Origin: Fimbriosthenelais zetlandica
Taxonomy: Eukaryota
Direction: 5' to 3'
Assembly (NCBI GenBank): GCA_977030845.1
Contig: OZ365116.1
Location: 3,038,001 to 3,102,000, forward strand
Length of the DNA stretch: 64,000 bases
Program-made: the position numbers and the translations under genes
The notes under the pieces: model-generated
Told to the model about the DNA's origin: nothing
What the model saw: only the letters and a program-made list of their open reading frames with translations
Databases searched by the model: none
Part shown: positions 13,791 through 27,204 of the stretch, piece by piece
Layout: each line of letters begins with the position of its first letter
Position numbering within the stretch: the stretch's first letter is position 1

Positions 13791-16235
13791 TTCAAACCCA
13801 GCACCTCCTACACCACGACCCGGCTTTATTACCGAGGTCGGGTTTCCTTCACTTGTCTCATCTCAACGATTTTACTGTCCAACTTATCTTATTTACTCGA
13901 GCAGAAATCCTCCTGCAGTCTTTTAAGATGATTCCAAGTTTAAAGTCATTTTTCGGTTTTTCTTTCCTTCTGGAGTACTTTACCGCTGGTATTAGGGGAA
14001 AAAAAAAAAAAAAAAAAATGAAAGTCATTTTTATTTCACAAGAAATGATGCTGATTTTCTCCTACACGTCATTTAAATTGATCATTTAGTCCTGGAGTCT
14101 GTACAATATTTGTCAATAGTTGTACCTCGTGTATATTTATATTGTATGATAAATCAGTGTTTTTGTGATGCGTCATCTCCTCTCTAATCCAGCTGGTGTG
14201 CCTTCCTCGTTCGTTATTTCTCCCCTGTCAGATGGATTCATAATTCATTGAAATATATCAAGTTTAGGTCACAAATAACGACACAATATGTCATCATAAT
14301 GACATTAGGTATTTCCTTAATTATGTCACACCCCATAGATTCTAATTACTTCTTAAATGAACCTGTCAGCCCTGGCAAACTCATTAAACTGGCTTTAAAT
14401 TCTCGTCTGGAAAAAAAGACATTTCACAGTTGTTGATGTTGAGGTCATTTGGCAATAGAAGAAACGACGCTTGATGTGAGATGAATGTGCATAATGCGGC
14501 GTATTGATGTTCATTACATTATCATTCACCTCAATAAGTTCAATCAGTAAAAACACTCATCACTGACGCCTCGTTATCTCTATTAATTGGTTTAACCCTC
14601 TCATGAATGGACCCTTGTCCCTGAGGTGAGACTAACTCAAACATTAACTGAGTGTCCTGGTTGATTAGAACACTGAGTTCACGATCAGGTTCTTTCAGGG
14701 TTAACCTAGAGGCATTGCCTGGATATAAGCCTACTTTGGAAGCCACGCTTTTTTGCTTAAACATTTTGTTGTCTTTAAAAAAGTAGCGCATGTTTTTGTT
14801 ATCGTCCTTTGATTGATTTCATAACAATTTAATGAAAACAGTGGTTGTCTACTCATGTAGTCGCTGCTTGAAGTCGCTTTGGTCTGGCTTTAAAAAAGCA
14901 GGCGACTTTTCATGGATGCGTTTAAAAGAAACAATTGCCAAATTCGCATGGCAAGAAAAATGTAAGAAATGGAACGCCTTTCTGTTGTGTCCCCACCATT
15001 GAAGACAGTGTCTGTGGAGTATTTACAAAAAACCATCGTCAGTTAAAAAACGCGTGATTAGCAAATGTGTGGTGCCATTAATGGGCACTTCATCACTGTA
15101 ACTATAATGTAAGCTATGGCCTTCTACATCAAGCTGTCCCATTTACATAATTAAAAACAGCGATTACCACTAATAATGATTAATATCACTCATTTATTCT
15201 ATTCTAATAACGCGCTGGTAGAGTCAGACCAATTCCAACATTATTACAAGTAGCTTTAACTCCATCATCTTGCCATTCCCTCATATATTTTATCACTAAC
15301 TCTATGAGCCATCTCTCTCTTTAAATGATATTTATTGCCGTCTCGATGGGCCAGGATTCAGCCTGTATGCGCACTGATCAGAATATCATCATCTCGCTGC
15401 ACGCTTCAGGGAATTGACAGACTTGCCTTCATTAGGTGTTTTTGTTAATGTCAGCGAGCCTGCTGAATATTCCACCTAGCTCTAGTGGATGTCGCTGACT
15501 TCTCAATGTTAAAGACAAGCTCTTCCTCTCCCCGCAATCCGACATAAACTGCTCTCCCTATTCTGCTTCCTCTCCCCACAATCCTACATAAACTCTTCTC
15601 CCCATTCTTCTTCCTAGTCTCTCGATCCTATATAAACTTCCCTCAATCCTGCTTGCCATATACATATATATTTCCCTAAGCAAACATAAGACTAGACAGT
15701 CATATCTGATCCAGTTCTACTAAGTCATTTTTCCATCCGTTTCCCCCCTTCTGATGGACCCTTATATTTTGTCAGTAGGTTCATTTAACTTGGTTTAAGC
15801 TGAGAGACTACACTCACTGGTTTAACACAATGTCTGGATTACAAGCGTTGTGTCCTGAACCCACTGCTTACGTTCAGTCTACGTTCTTATTGCGAGGATA
15901 AGTCTACGATTCGTCTACAATTCTTCTACGATTTTATTGCACATGTTAAATATGAACGTAGAGTGTTCAGTCCATGAAGAAGATCGCAGAGCACATGTGA
16001 ACATGATCGTAAGAGTTAACTCTACGATCACTCCACGTACTTTTGAAATTGTAATTGGCTCGTAAAGTAGATTGTAGGGAAATCGTAGCTCAGCGGGTTC
16101 ATGCTATTATGTATGAAAAGGAGGCTGAGTTTGAATGGAGAATGTATACATTGTGGATCTGCACCTAGAGAAGGGATACCCATCTCTAATGTTTGTGTGT
16201 TGAGTGTGATATGGTTGGCTGGTGGACCACATTAA

Positions 16236-16465
16236 AGCCCGACATCCACCAGCCCGATTTTCATCCCGATTTTGCGATCTTAAGCGATCACAGACGATCG
16301 GGACCCAAAAAACAGATGATCGGGCTGGTGGATGCCAAAATCTTGGGATGGGCGCCGATTTTTCAATGGCAAATCAATAGAGAAATGATCCGGAACGATT
16401 TTATTTTGATCTTTGCCGATCACAAAAATCGTTGCCCTCAAAGATCGTACAGTGGATGTCGGGCT
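16236..16465. mobile_element. PIF/Harbinger-type (Tourist-like) MITE, copy 1
   Basis: Perfect TIR AGCCCGACATCCAC...GTGGATGTCGGGCT, flanked by a TAA/TAA target-site duplication; 230 bp, non-coding; second copy at 27205. Confidence 0.8.
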
Positions 16466-17729
16466 TAAGCTGTACGGGGGGGGGGTAGAGCTGTTAACGG
16501 GTGATGTAGGACTGTTGATGGCTTCACACCTCCACCATGACCAGTCCAGGCTGTTAATATGACTGGCTGTTAATCTGACCAGCGACTCATTAATGATGTA
16601 ATTAACACTAGTGTCATTATACTAACTATTACCCCCACAGCTGCGATACTTCCTGCTCTATGTCTCATTAAGGTTCACGCTACATTAAACTCATTTCCGC
16701 CATGATACTCACTTTATTAGTGATTGCACTGTTGGAGAACTGGGGTAAAAGTTCACATTAATGATCCAACTAAAAGCTCCAGGCATAATGTAGGGAAAAA
16801 GAGTAGTGCCTTAAATTTTTCAACAGACAAAACAATGTGTTCCTCCAACAAGAGTATATTTTTAGCTTCGATCTATAATGAAACATGACACCTCTGATCA
16901 ACATAATGTGGTTGCATAAAGTAAGATTTTAAAGGCCACGATTGTCTCGCATTCCTCCGGTTTAAATTTTAAAAGGCGATCGTTCAAATCACAGGACATA
17001 AATTACAGGACTGCCTACATCTAAAATGGGGAGTTGGGGTCCTGTATTTCAATTTACAGAACTGAATCCGTGAACCCTATATGGTCCTGTAATTTTACAG
17101 GACACCCTGTAATTTATATGTGCAGTAATGAACTCCTACTTCCTCAATTCATTGCAAAAATTTCTGAAAGAAAATCGCGTTCCTGTCTATATAATCTATA
17201 TAATATAGAGCTAGATAAATCGTCCCGCTAATTGTTATAAAATGTGTGTCTGGTCCCATTTTCCTTTTAGTATGTTCAACATACCCCCTGCTGGTTGGTC
17301 CAGAGGTAGGTAGCTTTAGGGTAGGAGAACTACATGTAGTTGGCTTTTAGAGAAAGGATCCCATGACTGCCTGTTCAGATCATTAAGTCAACAGTCCCCT
17401 CTCCATTCACGTTTTGTTCGTCTTCAATTCAGGAACTGAAGTTATTGGCTATTCCATCCCACGCATCCCATTTCCTAATTGTGATAACCATCTCCATCCA
17501 TTTTATAATGAAAAGAAAGTACCTTAAATCAAATTGCAGCGATTCAATAACATTTTCAATGTTAAATCCAAACGCTTAAAATGTGAATAATCCAAAGTAA
17601 TCCAAAGTGATATCTAAAGCCCCTCAACTTTAGATAATCAGGATTTTTCATCAAAATAGTAACAGTAACTTAATTCCCTGCCGAATAGAATTCATTCACT
17701 CTCTACTGATGACACTAAGAAACTACTTT

Positions 17730-17930
17730 ACTCGTGACTACATATTGGTGGCAGGAGGATTCAATCAATCCCTACAGTGTAAATTATTGTGCATCTCACA
17801 ATAAGTTAGCGTCCCCACTAGGCCCAAAAGTTGAACCTATAACCGCAGAGAAAAGGCCTGTGTCTCATCATCAGTGTGGGTTGCTTGATCATCATTACTT
17901 GATCGGTTCCATGGGAGATGATTATCATGA
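17730..17930 (+). mobile_element. Possible LINE apurinic-endonuclease fragment
   Basis: DYILVAGGFNQ resembles IIxxGDFN; later LLDH resembles xLDLxL. Confidence 0.25.
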
Positions 17931-20184
17931 TATTTAACTTATAATATCACTTCCGAAGAAAACTTGTATCGCCCAAGTGGATGCCCGACGTTGTGTACCG
18001 AGATACCAGCTGTAAGCATGGACAAATAACAAGCCATCATGTCAGAATTACTGGGCTTTAATACATGAAAATGGGCGGTAATATGGATAAATAGGCGATA
18101 ATATTTGTAAATGGGGAGTGAATGTGAGTATTAGGCATTGTCAGCCATCTCAGCGTGGGCTGGTAGGTAAGTCAAGCATCTGTCCTCACATGACTACATG
18201 GCCTCTCTCTCTACATTAATTACTGCAGCTGGTAATCTATTTCATATTCCTGCTGAGTTTCTTCCATTTGTAATCTGTGATTGCTGTCTGTGGCAGACAG
18301 CAAGGCGATGAGACTGCCTTCCCTACCTCATTCACTCTGTCTACAATAGGCACCAAGCCGGGTACTCGCCATCACAGAGGGTCCCCATGCTGGCAACACC
18401 TGCATCTGGTTCACACCTAATTAGCTTTAACTCAACTGCTGCCATTTCCCTTATGTCACTACTGCGACAAAGGTTATGCTTGTGCCCCATGATACCAGTG
18501 GCAAAATATACATCCTTAAGTTCTTGGACACTGACCACAAATCATCGCAGCAGTGGAGTCCCAGCTTTTGCTAGCCCTGTCCTAGACTAAAAATGCAGTT
18601 CCACGGTCATACTGGTATCGCCCATCCCCTGCTTCTGGGAAGGGAATGTATTTTTCGCCATTGTATAGGGAGTAGAGGTTTTTTTCTGAGTGCCCCATGA
18701 TGGGGACAATAGGGGACAGAGAGGGAAGTAGTTTACTGAGGCAGTGTCAGTAATAGGACGGAACATCCCTCACGTTCTCCACCAATCAGCGTGTCCGTAT
18801 TAATAACATATATTAATAACACGGGATAATAGAAGGCATGAATAATAGGGAGATGTTTAGTTGTCTCCTACAGTTATTGCCTGTTGGCTTCATTCAATCT
18901 GCGTAATACTGCTGCATGCCTCCGGCAATTTGCAATAGAGATAAGATATTTATTACTAAAATCGGGTAATAACCGGATTTATAAAGTTAATAGAAACTTC
19001 GTGGATTGCCCTCAGTCCCTTTGTATGCTCATGGCGGAAATATGAAAGGTTATGGTTATATTATTTTTCATTCCTACATTTTATGTATATTTACCAAGTA
19101 TGTACAGAATTGTATTTATCAACTGGCTCCAATGGCTAAAGGTTGTTGATGAAATATCTCCATGAGGGTCTGTGGCGTAAATATTTATTTCTGGACAAAC
19201 CCCGGGTGTTTTATAATGATTTCTTCCTAATCCATCCGTGAATGTCTGTTATAGACAAGGAGGGAAAGTGGGATGAAAGTGAGGTGAATAGCCTCATCAT
19301 TATAGTCCCAGCAGAGGAAAAGCTGTCCTCAAACTCAATGACAGCTTTAACTGACTCTCCTCTCACACAAAGAAATAGTCAAAAACTACTGCAATCTCTA
19401 CTGCTTACCTCTTTAATAAAAAATAAATCACAGGCTGGGAATAAATAATTGGACTGTCATTGTTTCTCTGAACACCTTCATTTAAGAAGTCCTAGCAATG
19501 TCTTTAAAACACTGAACACCTCTAAGAGTTCTCTGATACTTTAATAAATATAAGTAGACGGTCTGCCTATTCCATTCAAGATATTCAGCCTTTGATATTT
19601 GCAGAGAAACATAAGTAAATACATTTGCATTTAAGTTCGCTGACAAGTCACAGAATTTCACATACAGCAATCATGCCCAAAGACTTTCCCCCCAGTAGGA
19701 AGAGTCACTCCCCAACTTGTGTTTTAGTGAATGAGGAATGGTGCCTGGTATGATTTTGTTCTCACTGCTCGCTTTTCTCCAAATCACACGTGATTCACAG
19801 GGGAAATTTGATGATAGAGAAGTCTCCAGTGACAGAGGATAATCATATTACTCTACCTCCAAACATAAAAACATCTAAGCGTGTTTTTAATAATAAAACG
19901 CCACTACTCGCTACAGTATACACAGATGCTGTTTTACTCTAGAGGCCAGTGGTCCAGTTTCTCTTCTGCAATGGTAACCATAAACCTTATTTTCTTCTCG
20001 GATATCTTCTTCCCGAGGGTTTCTTTTTTTTTTATCAAAGAGTTGTATTCTGGATCCCTTTTTCCGTTTTAAAAATGGGAAATTTGATCTGAGCTGATGG
20101 AATGGAGATGTCATGGGAGTTATTCTATAATACAAAAGCCAGTGGGAACGCCCTAAAAGAATCATATATCATCAGTATATTTAT

Positions 20185-21636
20185 CAGTATCGACCCTGTT
20201 TCGTGCAGTATTCCTATCAGAATTCCCCAGGCAGTATCGCCCATTTTTCGTGCACTATTCCTATCAGAATTCCCCAAGCAGTATCGACCCTGTTTCGTGC
20301 AGTATTCCTATAACAATTCACCAAGCAGTATCAACCCTGTTTCGTGCAGTATTCTTATAACAATTCCCCAAGCAGTATCGACCGTTTCGTGCAGTATTCC
20401 TATGGCAATTCCCCAAGCAGTATCGCCCATTTTTCGTGCAGTATTCCTATCAGAATTCCTCAAGCAGTATCAATCCTGTTTCGTGCAGTATTCCTATAAC
20501 AATTCCCCAAGCAGTATCGACCCTGTTTCGTGCAGTATTCCTATGGCAATTCCCCAAGCAGTATCAACCCTGTTTCGTGCAGTATTCCTATAACAATTCC
20601 CCAAGCAGTATCGATCCTGTTTCGTGCAGTATTCCTATAACAATTCCCCAAGCAGTTTCGAACCTGTTTCGTGCAGTAGTCCTATGACAATTCCCCAAGC
20701 AGTATCGACCCCTTTTCAAGCAGTATTCCTATGACAATTCCCCAAGCAGTATCGACCCTGTTTCGTGCAGTATTCCTATGGCAATTCCCCAAGCAGTATC
20801 GACCCTGTTTCGTGCAGTATTCCTATATCAATTCCCCAAGCAGTATCGACCTCTTTTCAAGCAGTATTCCTATGGCAATTCCCCAAGCAGTATCGACTCT
20901 GTTTCGTGCAGTATTCCTATGACAATTCCCCAAGCAGTATCTACCCTGTTTCGTGCAGTATTCTTATAACAATCCACCAAGCAGTATCTACCCTCTTTCG
21001 TGCAGTATTCCTATGGCAATTCCCCAAGCAGTATCGACCCCTTTTCAAGCAGTATTCCTATGACAATTCCCCAAGCAGTATCGACCCCTTTTCAAGCAGT
21101 ATTCCTATGACAATTCCCCAAGCAGTATCGACCCCTTTTCAAGCAGTATTCCTATGACAATTCCCCAAGCAGTATCGACCCTGTTTCGTGCAGTATTCCT
21201 ATGACAATTCCCCAAGCAGTATCGACCCCTTTTCAAGCAGTATTCCTATGACAATTCCCCAAGCAGTATCGACCCCTTTTCAAGCAGTATTCCTATGACA
21301 ATTCACCAAGCAGTATCGACCCTGTTTCGTGCAGTATTCCTATGACAATTCCCCAAGCAGTATCGACCCCTTTTCAAGCAGTATTCCTATGACAATTCCC
21401 CAAGCAGTATCGACCCCTTTTCAAGCAGTATTACTATGACAATTCCCCAAGCAGTATCGACCCCTTTTCAAGCAGTATTCCTATGACAATTCCCCAAGCA
21501 GTATCGACCCCTTTTCAAGCAGTATTACTATGACAATTCACCAAGCAGTATCGACCCTGTTTCGTGCAGTATTCCTATGACAATTCCCCAAGCAGTATCG
21601 ACCGACCCCTTTTCAAGCAGTATATCTATAACAATT
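20185..21636 (+). repeat. 47-bp minisatellite array A (about 31 units)
   Basis: Unit GCAGTATCGACCCTGTTTCGTGCAGTATTCCTAT(A/G)ACAATTCCCCAA, with internal 21+26 sub-repeats that both start GCAGTAT. Confidence 0.97.
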
Positions 21637-22989
21637 ATCGTTTAGTGGAGATGGTTTTCACCTGCTTCTGTCCCAACTGAAAGTTCTTTGCAATATTACC
21701 TTGTGGTTTAAATGATTTAACTATCCCTTCTGTTCGCAATCATATTTCCCCTTTAAGGTAAAAGCCTATAAAATAAATCTGTAATCCTATTTGCGGATGA
21801 TGTGTAAGAATGTGAAGAAAATATGAAAGGAACTGAGTGACACTGTTATTGTGTCTTTAATCTGGATGTGACTTTCCTTAAACACCCCCTTTTAAAGCTT
21901 CACTTTTTGATCTTAAAGATACAACTGCGACAATTCCCACTCATTAAAATTCTGATGTTGTGCCAGCATCTTGCATTAAGTCAAATCTGAAATGAACGAG
22001 TTTGAAAAAAAAAATTCATCAACGAAATGGATAAATTTAGCTTATTGCACATGTTTGTTTTCTTATTCATCATAAAAAAAATAACTGCACGAAGTCAACA
22101 GTATTTTTAATGGCATGCATGTACACCACATGTATGAATGATTTCATGTCTTGTGCAGGATTAAAATGTTGGGTTATTATGTGAAATCTTCGCATTAAAT
22201 CCATCAGTGCTGCTAAAGATTCAGGTTCTCCACAGTCAGTCGTTCAGGCAACATTAAGTCCTAGGTTGTCAGTAAGTATTTTATGTTTTTGAGTAATGGG
22301 GACATTGCTGCTACATATTTATCTATAGGTTGTCCTCTTGTCTGGAGGAAATTCTGGTTGTTGGGACAAGCGGGACAACCAGTTAGCAGCAATGCTGAAT
22401 ATCATGAAATAGCTTATCTTTACATCGGTCTTGTGCTGTTGGAAGGTCACGTTTTGTAGGAAGAAATTACAGGGACATGATGTGTATGAAGTGCATGAAT
22501 ATCATTCCAGGGAGTACCATACTTCCGCCTTTTTTTTTGCGATCTCATTCTGATATGTATTGATGATATATTGGTACACTTCTGATGATTTATACATGCA
22601 CTTTTCTTGAAGCGTTTCTAATAACCCTCACTTATATAAAGGATATCATCAGTCGAGAATCCATATTATCAGTCAACAATTGTGCCCCAGCATTGTCGCA
22701 GAATAAGTTTTCCCCGCCGGGCCTGGAGCAATAGGCAATAAGTCTTCTATACCATTTCTTCATGGTGACCTGGTGTGGGGAAGTGCGGCTTTTGACCGTT
22801 GACTGGCACTGCTTTGACCCGTGCTTCATACTGGACTCTATCAGGAGACAGCAGCTGAGAGAAATGGTCACTCACTTGTCTGCCTTTCTTGCTCCCGCTC
22901 TCTGCACAATGAATAGGCAAATGTCGAGAGCTTTGAGGGCTAGGTCGTATACATAGGGATTGCTTCCCTGCTCACTGCCAAGCAGATTA

Positions 22990-23110
22990 CCCAGACAGGA
23001 TTAGAGATTATCCCTCGTAAATACTACCGTCTCCCCCGATCTTACCCAGTCTATCTTATAATGTGTAAATCTTGACACTTATTGCTATTGTGCTGTCAGT
23101 TTTTGTCTGT
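22990..23110 (-). mobile_element. LINE (CR1-like) apurinic-endonuclease fragment
   Basis: DSTIAISVKIYTL*DRLGKIGG-VVFTRDNL resembles DSxIxIxGYxxxRxDRxxxxGGGVxxYVRxxL. Confidence 0.4.
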
Positions 23111-24289
23111 ATTCTTTGGGTATTTATGATCGTCCCAGGACAGTTGGGTGGTTCACACTTCTTGATCAGAAATGGATGTTCTTGTGAATCAATGTCTTCT
23201 GATTCAGTGGCTTTGAAATGGCTTATGCCTTGTACAGACCAGATCGTTTTTGCAGTCGCGCTCATGACACTGGCGACTTTTTATAGACGCACCTGCTTTG
23301 GTTTTTCTCTGTGTATGAAGCTATAACCGTGAGAGCGCATGCCTAAATCAAGCGAAGTGCATATCCTTAGCAATTCGATTAAAAAATCTAAACTGCACGC
23401 TGGCGATTGCTGCGTTTTTTCTGAAGTCTCATGACGAGAAAATGCTAAAAACCAGAGGCTTTCTCAGTCTGTACCAGCCATAAGTTTCATCCAACTCCAA
23501 CACAATAACTTTAATCAGAATTCGAAGATCAGCCATTGAGTAAACACTGTATTCATTAACAAGTGTAAAAGTGTGATTGGTTTTGTCTCATTGTATTGTT
23601 AGCTAGGATTAAAAGCTCCTGCGACACAAATGAAACCGCCCCGAGCTTGTATTCCCCTCGTGGGCGTATCTCAAAACAAGTGGTAAAATCTGCTGCCAGG
23701 TTTGGCTGTCTGTAAAGACAAGAAGTCGGACTGGAAATAAAAAGTAAATTCAACTGAAAAATCCAAATCAATACTGATAAAAGGGAGGGTAGAGATGGGG
23801 AGATGGGAGTCGTCTTAAGGTCTGTGAGACGAGGCTATCTTGACTTTTCTTAAAGGGTAGTGGACGCCTGGAGATATTCATCGGTCAAGTATCTAACCTC
23901 AGGTCAAGGCCTTTGAGGTCAAAACTGACCGCTTTATTCGGCGGGGCATGAAGCTAGGACCCCAGCTCGCCGCTTCACATCTACTGATTCCCATACTACT
24001 CGCTCTCCCAACAACAGAATCTTATTCAATTTGTGGACTTATGATCAATAACGGCTGGATGGGCTTCACTACCTCGCTACCTTTTAAAAACATTATGAGA
24101 AACTGATAAATAGATTCCTCGAGTCCTTTAAGAGATCTCTTATATAACAGTTATAATGGTTATGTTGGTTTAATGGGGGTTAACGCCACAGATTTCCAGT
24201 TCTCTCATGATGGTAACACTTTGGATACTACATATTCAAATATAATCATACCAGACCTTAAACTTTTCTCGAAGTGAAGCAATGGTTTT

Positions 24290-24575
24290 TATGTGCCTCT
24301 CACCATAGGCAGTGGGAGACATGGCTGGTCTTTCACATGCCTCTCACCAGAGACAGTGGGAGACATGGCTGGCCTTTACATGCCTCTCACCAGAAACAGT
24401 GGGAGACATGGCTGGCCTTTACATGCCTCTCACCATAGACAGTGGGAGACATGGCTGGCCTTTACATGCCTCACACCAGAGACAGTGGGAGACATGGCTG
24501 GCCTTTTACATGCCTCTCACCAGAAACAGTGGGAGACATGGCTGGCCTTGTCACACCTTTCACCATAGACAATAG
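24290..24575 (+). repeat. 43/44-bp minisatellite array B (about 6.5 units)
   Basis: Unit CAGTGGGAGACATGGCTGGCCTTTACATGCCTCTCACCATAGA; unit starts at 24310, 24354, 24397, 24440, 24483, 24527. Confidence 0.95.
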
Positions 24576-25630
24576 GAGAGCTGCATACTGAAATTTCTTG
24601 AATCCTCTTTGCCCTACATTACAGATGCGTATTATTTATTGTAGAGAGTATAGCTCTTCCTGCCTATATGATAGATGCACCTTGTTATTGAGCTGACCAT
24701 TAGTTAATACCCCCCCCCCCTACCCCCCCACCCCCCCTGACCCCGTGATTGGCGTGGTCGTGCTGTCTGTGGTCATGTAGAATCTCTGCCCGCCTTATCA
24801 GACAAAGTGTTGTCATTGCCTTCTCAGGCAGGCTGATGGCATCACGATCACTCCGCTGACATTTGCCTACACTTTTCAATTGGTGCGGGACCACAGGCAA
24901 ACCTAATTTACTCAGAGCTCAGGCCATACAGGCGAGTCACTCTCGCTATGTACTGTCACTTTGTCTTTGCTTTGCATTAGATGCTGAGCGATTGACTCAA
25001 GGAATGGTGTTTGATTTGTCATTAGTTGGTCCTTCCTTCCCAGCTATATAGACAAGTTTAGATGACATTCTCTGACATCGCTCCCTGTATTTCTTCGTTG
25101 TTGATTTGTTCAGTTATTGATTTATTAATGTGGCTTCGGTAAATTTATCTTCCTTGTCCTTCTTGGCAATCTGATATCTCCTACTGTTTGCTCGCTGTGC
25201 CCAGGCCTCTGGCCATAGCTCCCACACTCCCTCCTTTTCTTAGCAATTTCATATTTTCCTCTCCTTATTTGTTCGCACTATGATCCATTGCTCTTCTTTT
25301 TCCTGTCAATTATTACCATCAATAACATTCCCTGACAAAGTTATTGGCAAAAGTTTTAAACCAAGCAGTTTTAATTAAAAAAAGAAAGAAAAAGAAATAT
25401 TTAAAAAAGGAACTATGAATAAATTGATCCCTTTTTTCATTGAAGTTTGATACCTTTGTTCTTGGAAGTTTTTAGTTTTCTCTTATACATTCCTTTATTA
25501 TATTTGCCGCCCTTTCTCCCCATTTCCTCTAAATAATGATGTAACTTTGTTTCATGATTTGTCTTGTGCCGATTGATGTGACACGTGTAATATATAAATG
25601 TATAGAACTGCTGACAGGGCTTCTGTGATC

Positions 25631-25697
25631 CCTCCCCCTGCCTACCCCACCCCCTCCCCCTGCCTCCCCCACCCCCTCCCCCTGCCTACCCCACCCC
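25631..25697. repeat. 22-bp C-rich tandem repeat x3 (G-quadruplex potential on the - strand)
   Basis: CCTCCCCCTGCCTACCCCACCC x3; the - strand has repeated runs of 4-5 G. Confidence 0.8.
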
Positions 25698-25949
25698 TTC
25701 CATCCTCACTCGCGCAGTGTCAGTTCTTGTTATGATCCTCTTGAGAATCTAGCCTGCTAGCTTGGCCCATGCCCCAGACAAACCACCATAGTCCTGAAAA
25801 AAAGACAAGTGTCAAGTCCAAGAAAAGCCTTGGACATGAAGCCACAATCTAAAAACATCTGTCACCCTCACACCACTAAAAGGATTCCTTTCCTAAACGT
25901 TTCCTCTCAGTGGAAATCATGCCTGCTCGTGTCTCAGATGTTATTTGCT

Positions 25950-26230
25950 TGCAGCACGGAGGCTAGAGAACATCAGCTACCTGCTACCGCCTCTCTGGTG
26001 GACTATCAGCACTATGATAGCCGACTATTTCAGTTAAAGTATTCCCAGTAGACCTAAAACCAATAAGGCGCAGTAATTCTTCCTCAATAGCCCTCGGAGC
26101 ACACTTGTCTGTCCATAGCATCGCCAGGCTGCAGATCATCTCCATTTAGCACCGAGCTTTCTCTCCAATATTCAGCCATTATATTTCAATCAGACGGCAG
26201 ATCTTTAAAAAAATTGATATGAAACTGTGT
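25950..26230 (+). mobile_element. Possible DIRS RNase H/methyltransferase-region remnant
   Basis: IADYF (~NxxADxLSR) and AFSPIFS...QIFKKI (~YAFPPxxLIxxVLxKI). Confidence 0.25.
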
Positions 26231-26431
26231 CAGAACTTTTTCTGAACTCAAGCAAGTTATGCAAATGTCTACCTGAGCGAAGTGGCAAACAGTGTAAGGC
26301 CTCCACTTCCAAGTAGCTTTACTGATAAGGTTTCTTATCTTGTGTAGATTGAATTAGTGAACTTATCTGACCTCTGTATTGCCTTTCTTGTGTCCAGGCT
26401 TTATCTAGCTTCGTCCAGGCTTTAATCTACC

Positions 26432-26794
26432 TTAGTCCAGGCTTTGTCGCAGTGTTGTCGCAGTAATAATGGCAGCAGTGGAGTCCTGGCTTTAGTCCAG
26501 GCTTTGTCGCAGTGTTGTCGCAGTAATAATGGCAGCAGTGGAGTCCTGGCTTTAGTCCAGGCTTTGTCGCAGTGTTGTCGCAGTAATAATGGCAGCAGTG
26601 GAGTCCTGGCTTTAGTCCAGGCTTTGTCGCAGTGTTGTCGCAGTAATAATGGCAGCAGTGGAGTCCTGGCTTTAGTCCAGGTTTTGTCGCAGTGTTGTCG
26701 CAGGAATGATGGCAGCAGTGGAGTCCTGGCTTTAGTTCAGGCTTTGTCGCAGTGTTGTCGCAGTAATAATGGCAGCAGTGGAGTCCTGGCTTTA
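26432..26794. repeat. 60-bp minisatellite, 6 near-perfect copies
   Basis: TTTAGTCCAGGCTTTGTCGCAGTGTTGTCGCAGTAATAATGGCAGCAGTGGAGTCCTGGC, in exact register with the 60-nt lines; preceded by short GTCCAGGCTTT proto-repeats at 26392-26445. Confidence 0.97.
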
Positions 26795-27204
26795 GGGTTG
26801 AGCCTGAGGTAGTGAATCACTTCACCTGATGGACGGGGAGGGCGTAATCAAACACGACGACTGTTAACTCGAGGCTCACTCTTGTCTTTCTCTTCATTAA
26901 CCATCCTAGAAGTGGGCCTCCAGCCTCCCCTATAGCTCCCATACACTCCTACCTGTTAAATCTACCGCTAAACATCCCGGAGACTTTGTAACAAGTCTTT
27001 AGTTTAATTTGGATTCAGTTCGTCTGTCAGTCCATTCCAGAGCCTCTCCTTGCTATCTTACACATCATCTATCTATTGATTTTGTAACAAACAGGTGAGC
27101 AGCGAAATAATGTATTAATTATTAATATAAAACATTGGAAGGAAAGTTTTCACATTAAATACAAGATGTGTGGAACTGTTGGGTGTTGGGTAGAGGCAAT
27201 GTTA

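Noticed and set aside
13783-13802. GGTTCAAACCC resembling a tRNA/SINE B-box
   Set aside because: No A-box or cloverleaf; lies within the Gypsy integrase remnant region.
20102-21157. Several overlapping ORFs up to 163 aa ([14 protein letters not shown]..., [10 protein letters not shown]...)
   Set aside because: Translations of the 47-bp minisatellite; the frame rotates with each unit, and there are no splice signals or family motifs.
20185-21636. Regular repeat array superficially like CRISPR
   Set aside because: Units are head-to-tail with no unique spacers, there are no cas genes, and the context is eukaryotic.
24293-24575. ORFs of 87-91 aa (and 100-155 aa at 44874-45378)
   Set aside because: Products of the 43/44-bp minisatellite.
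26444-26812. 122-aa Cys-rich repeat ORF (SQCCRSNNGSSGVLALVQAL)n
   Set aside because: Open only because the 60-bp unit lacks stops; non-ATG start, no signal peptide or exon boundaries.
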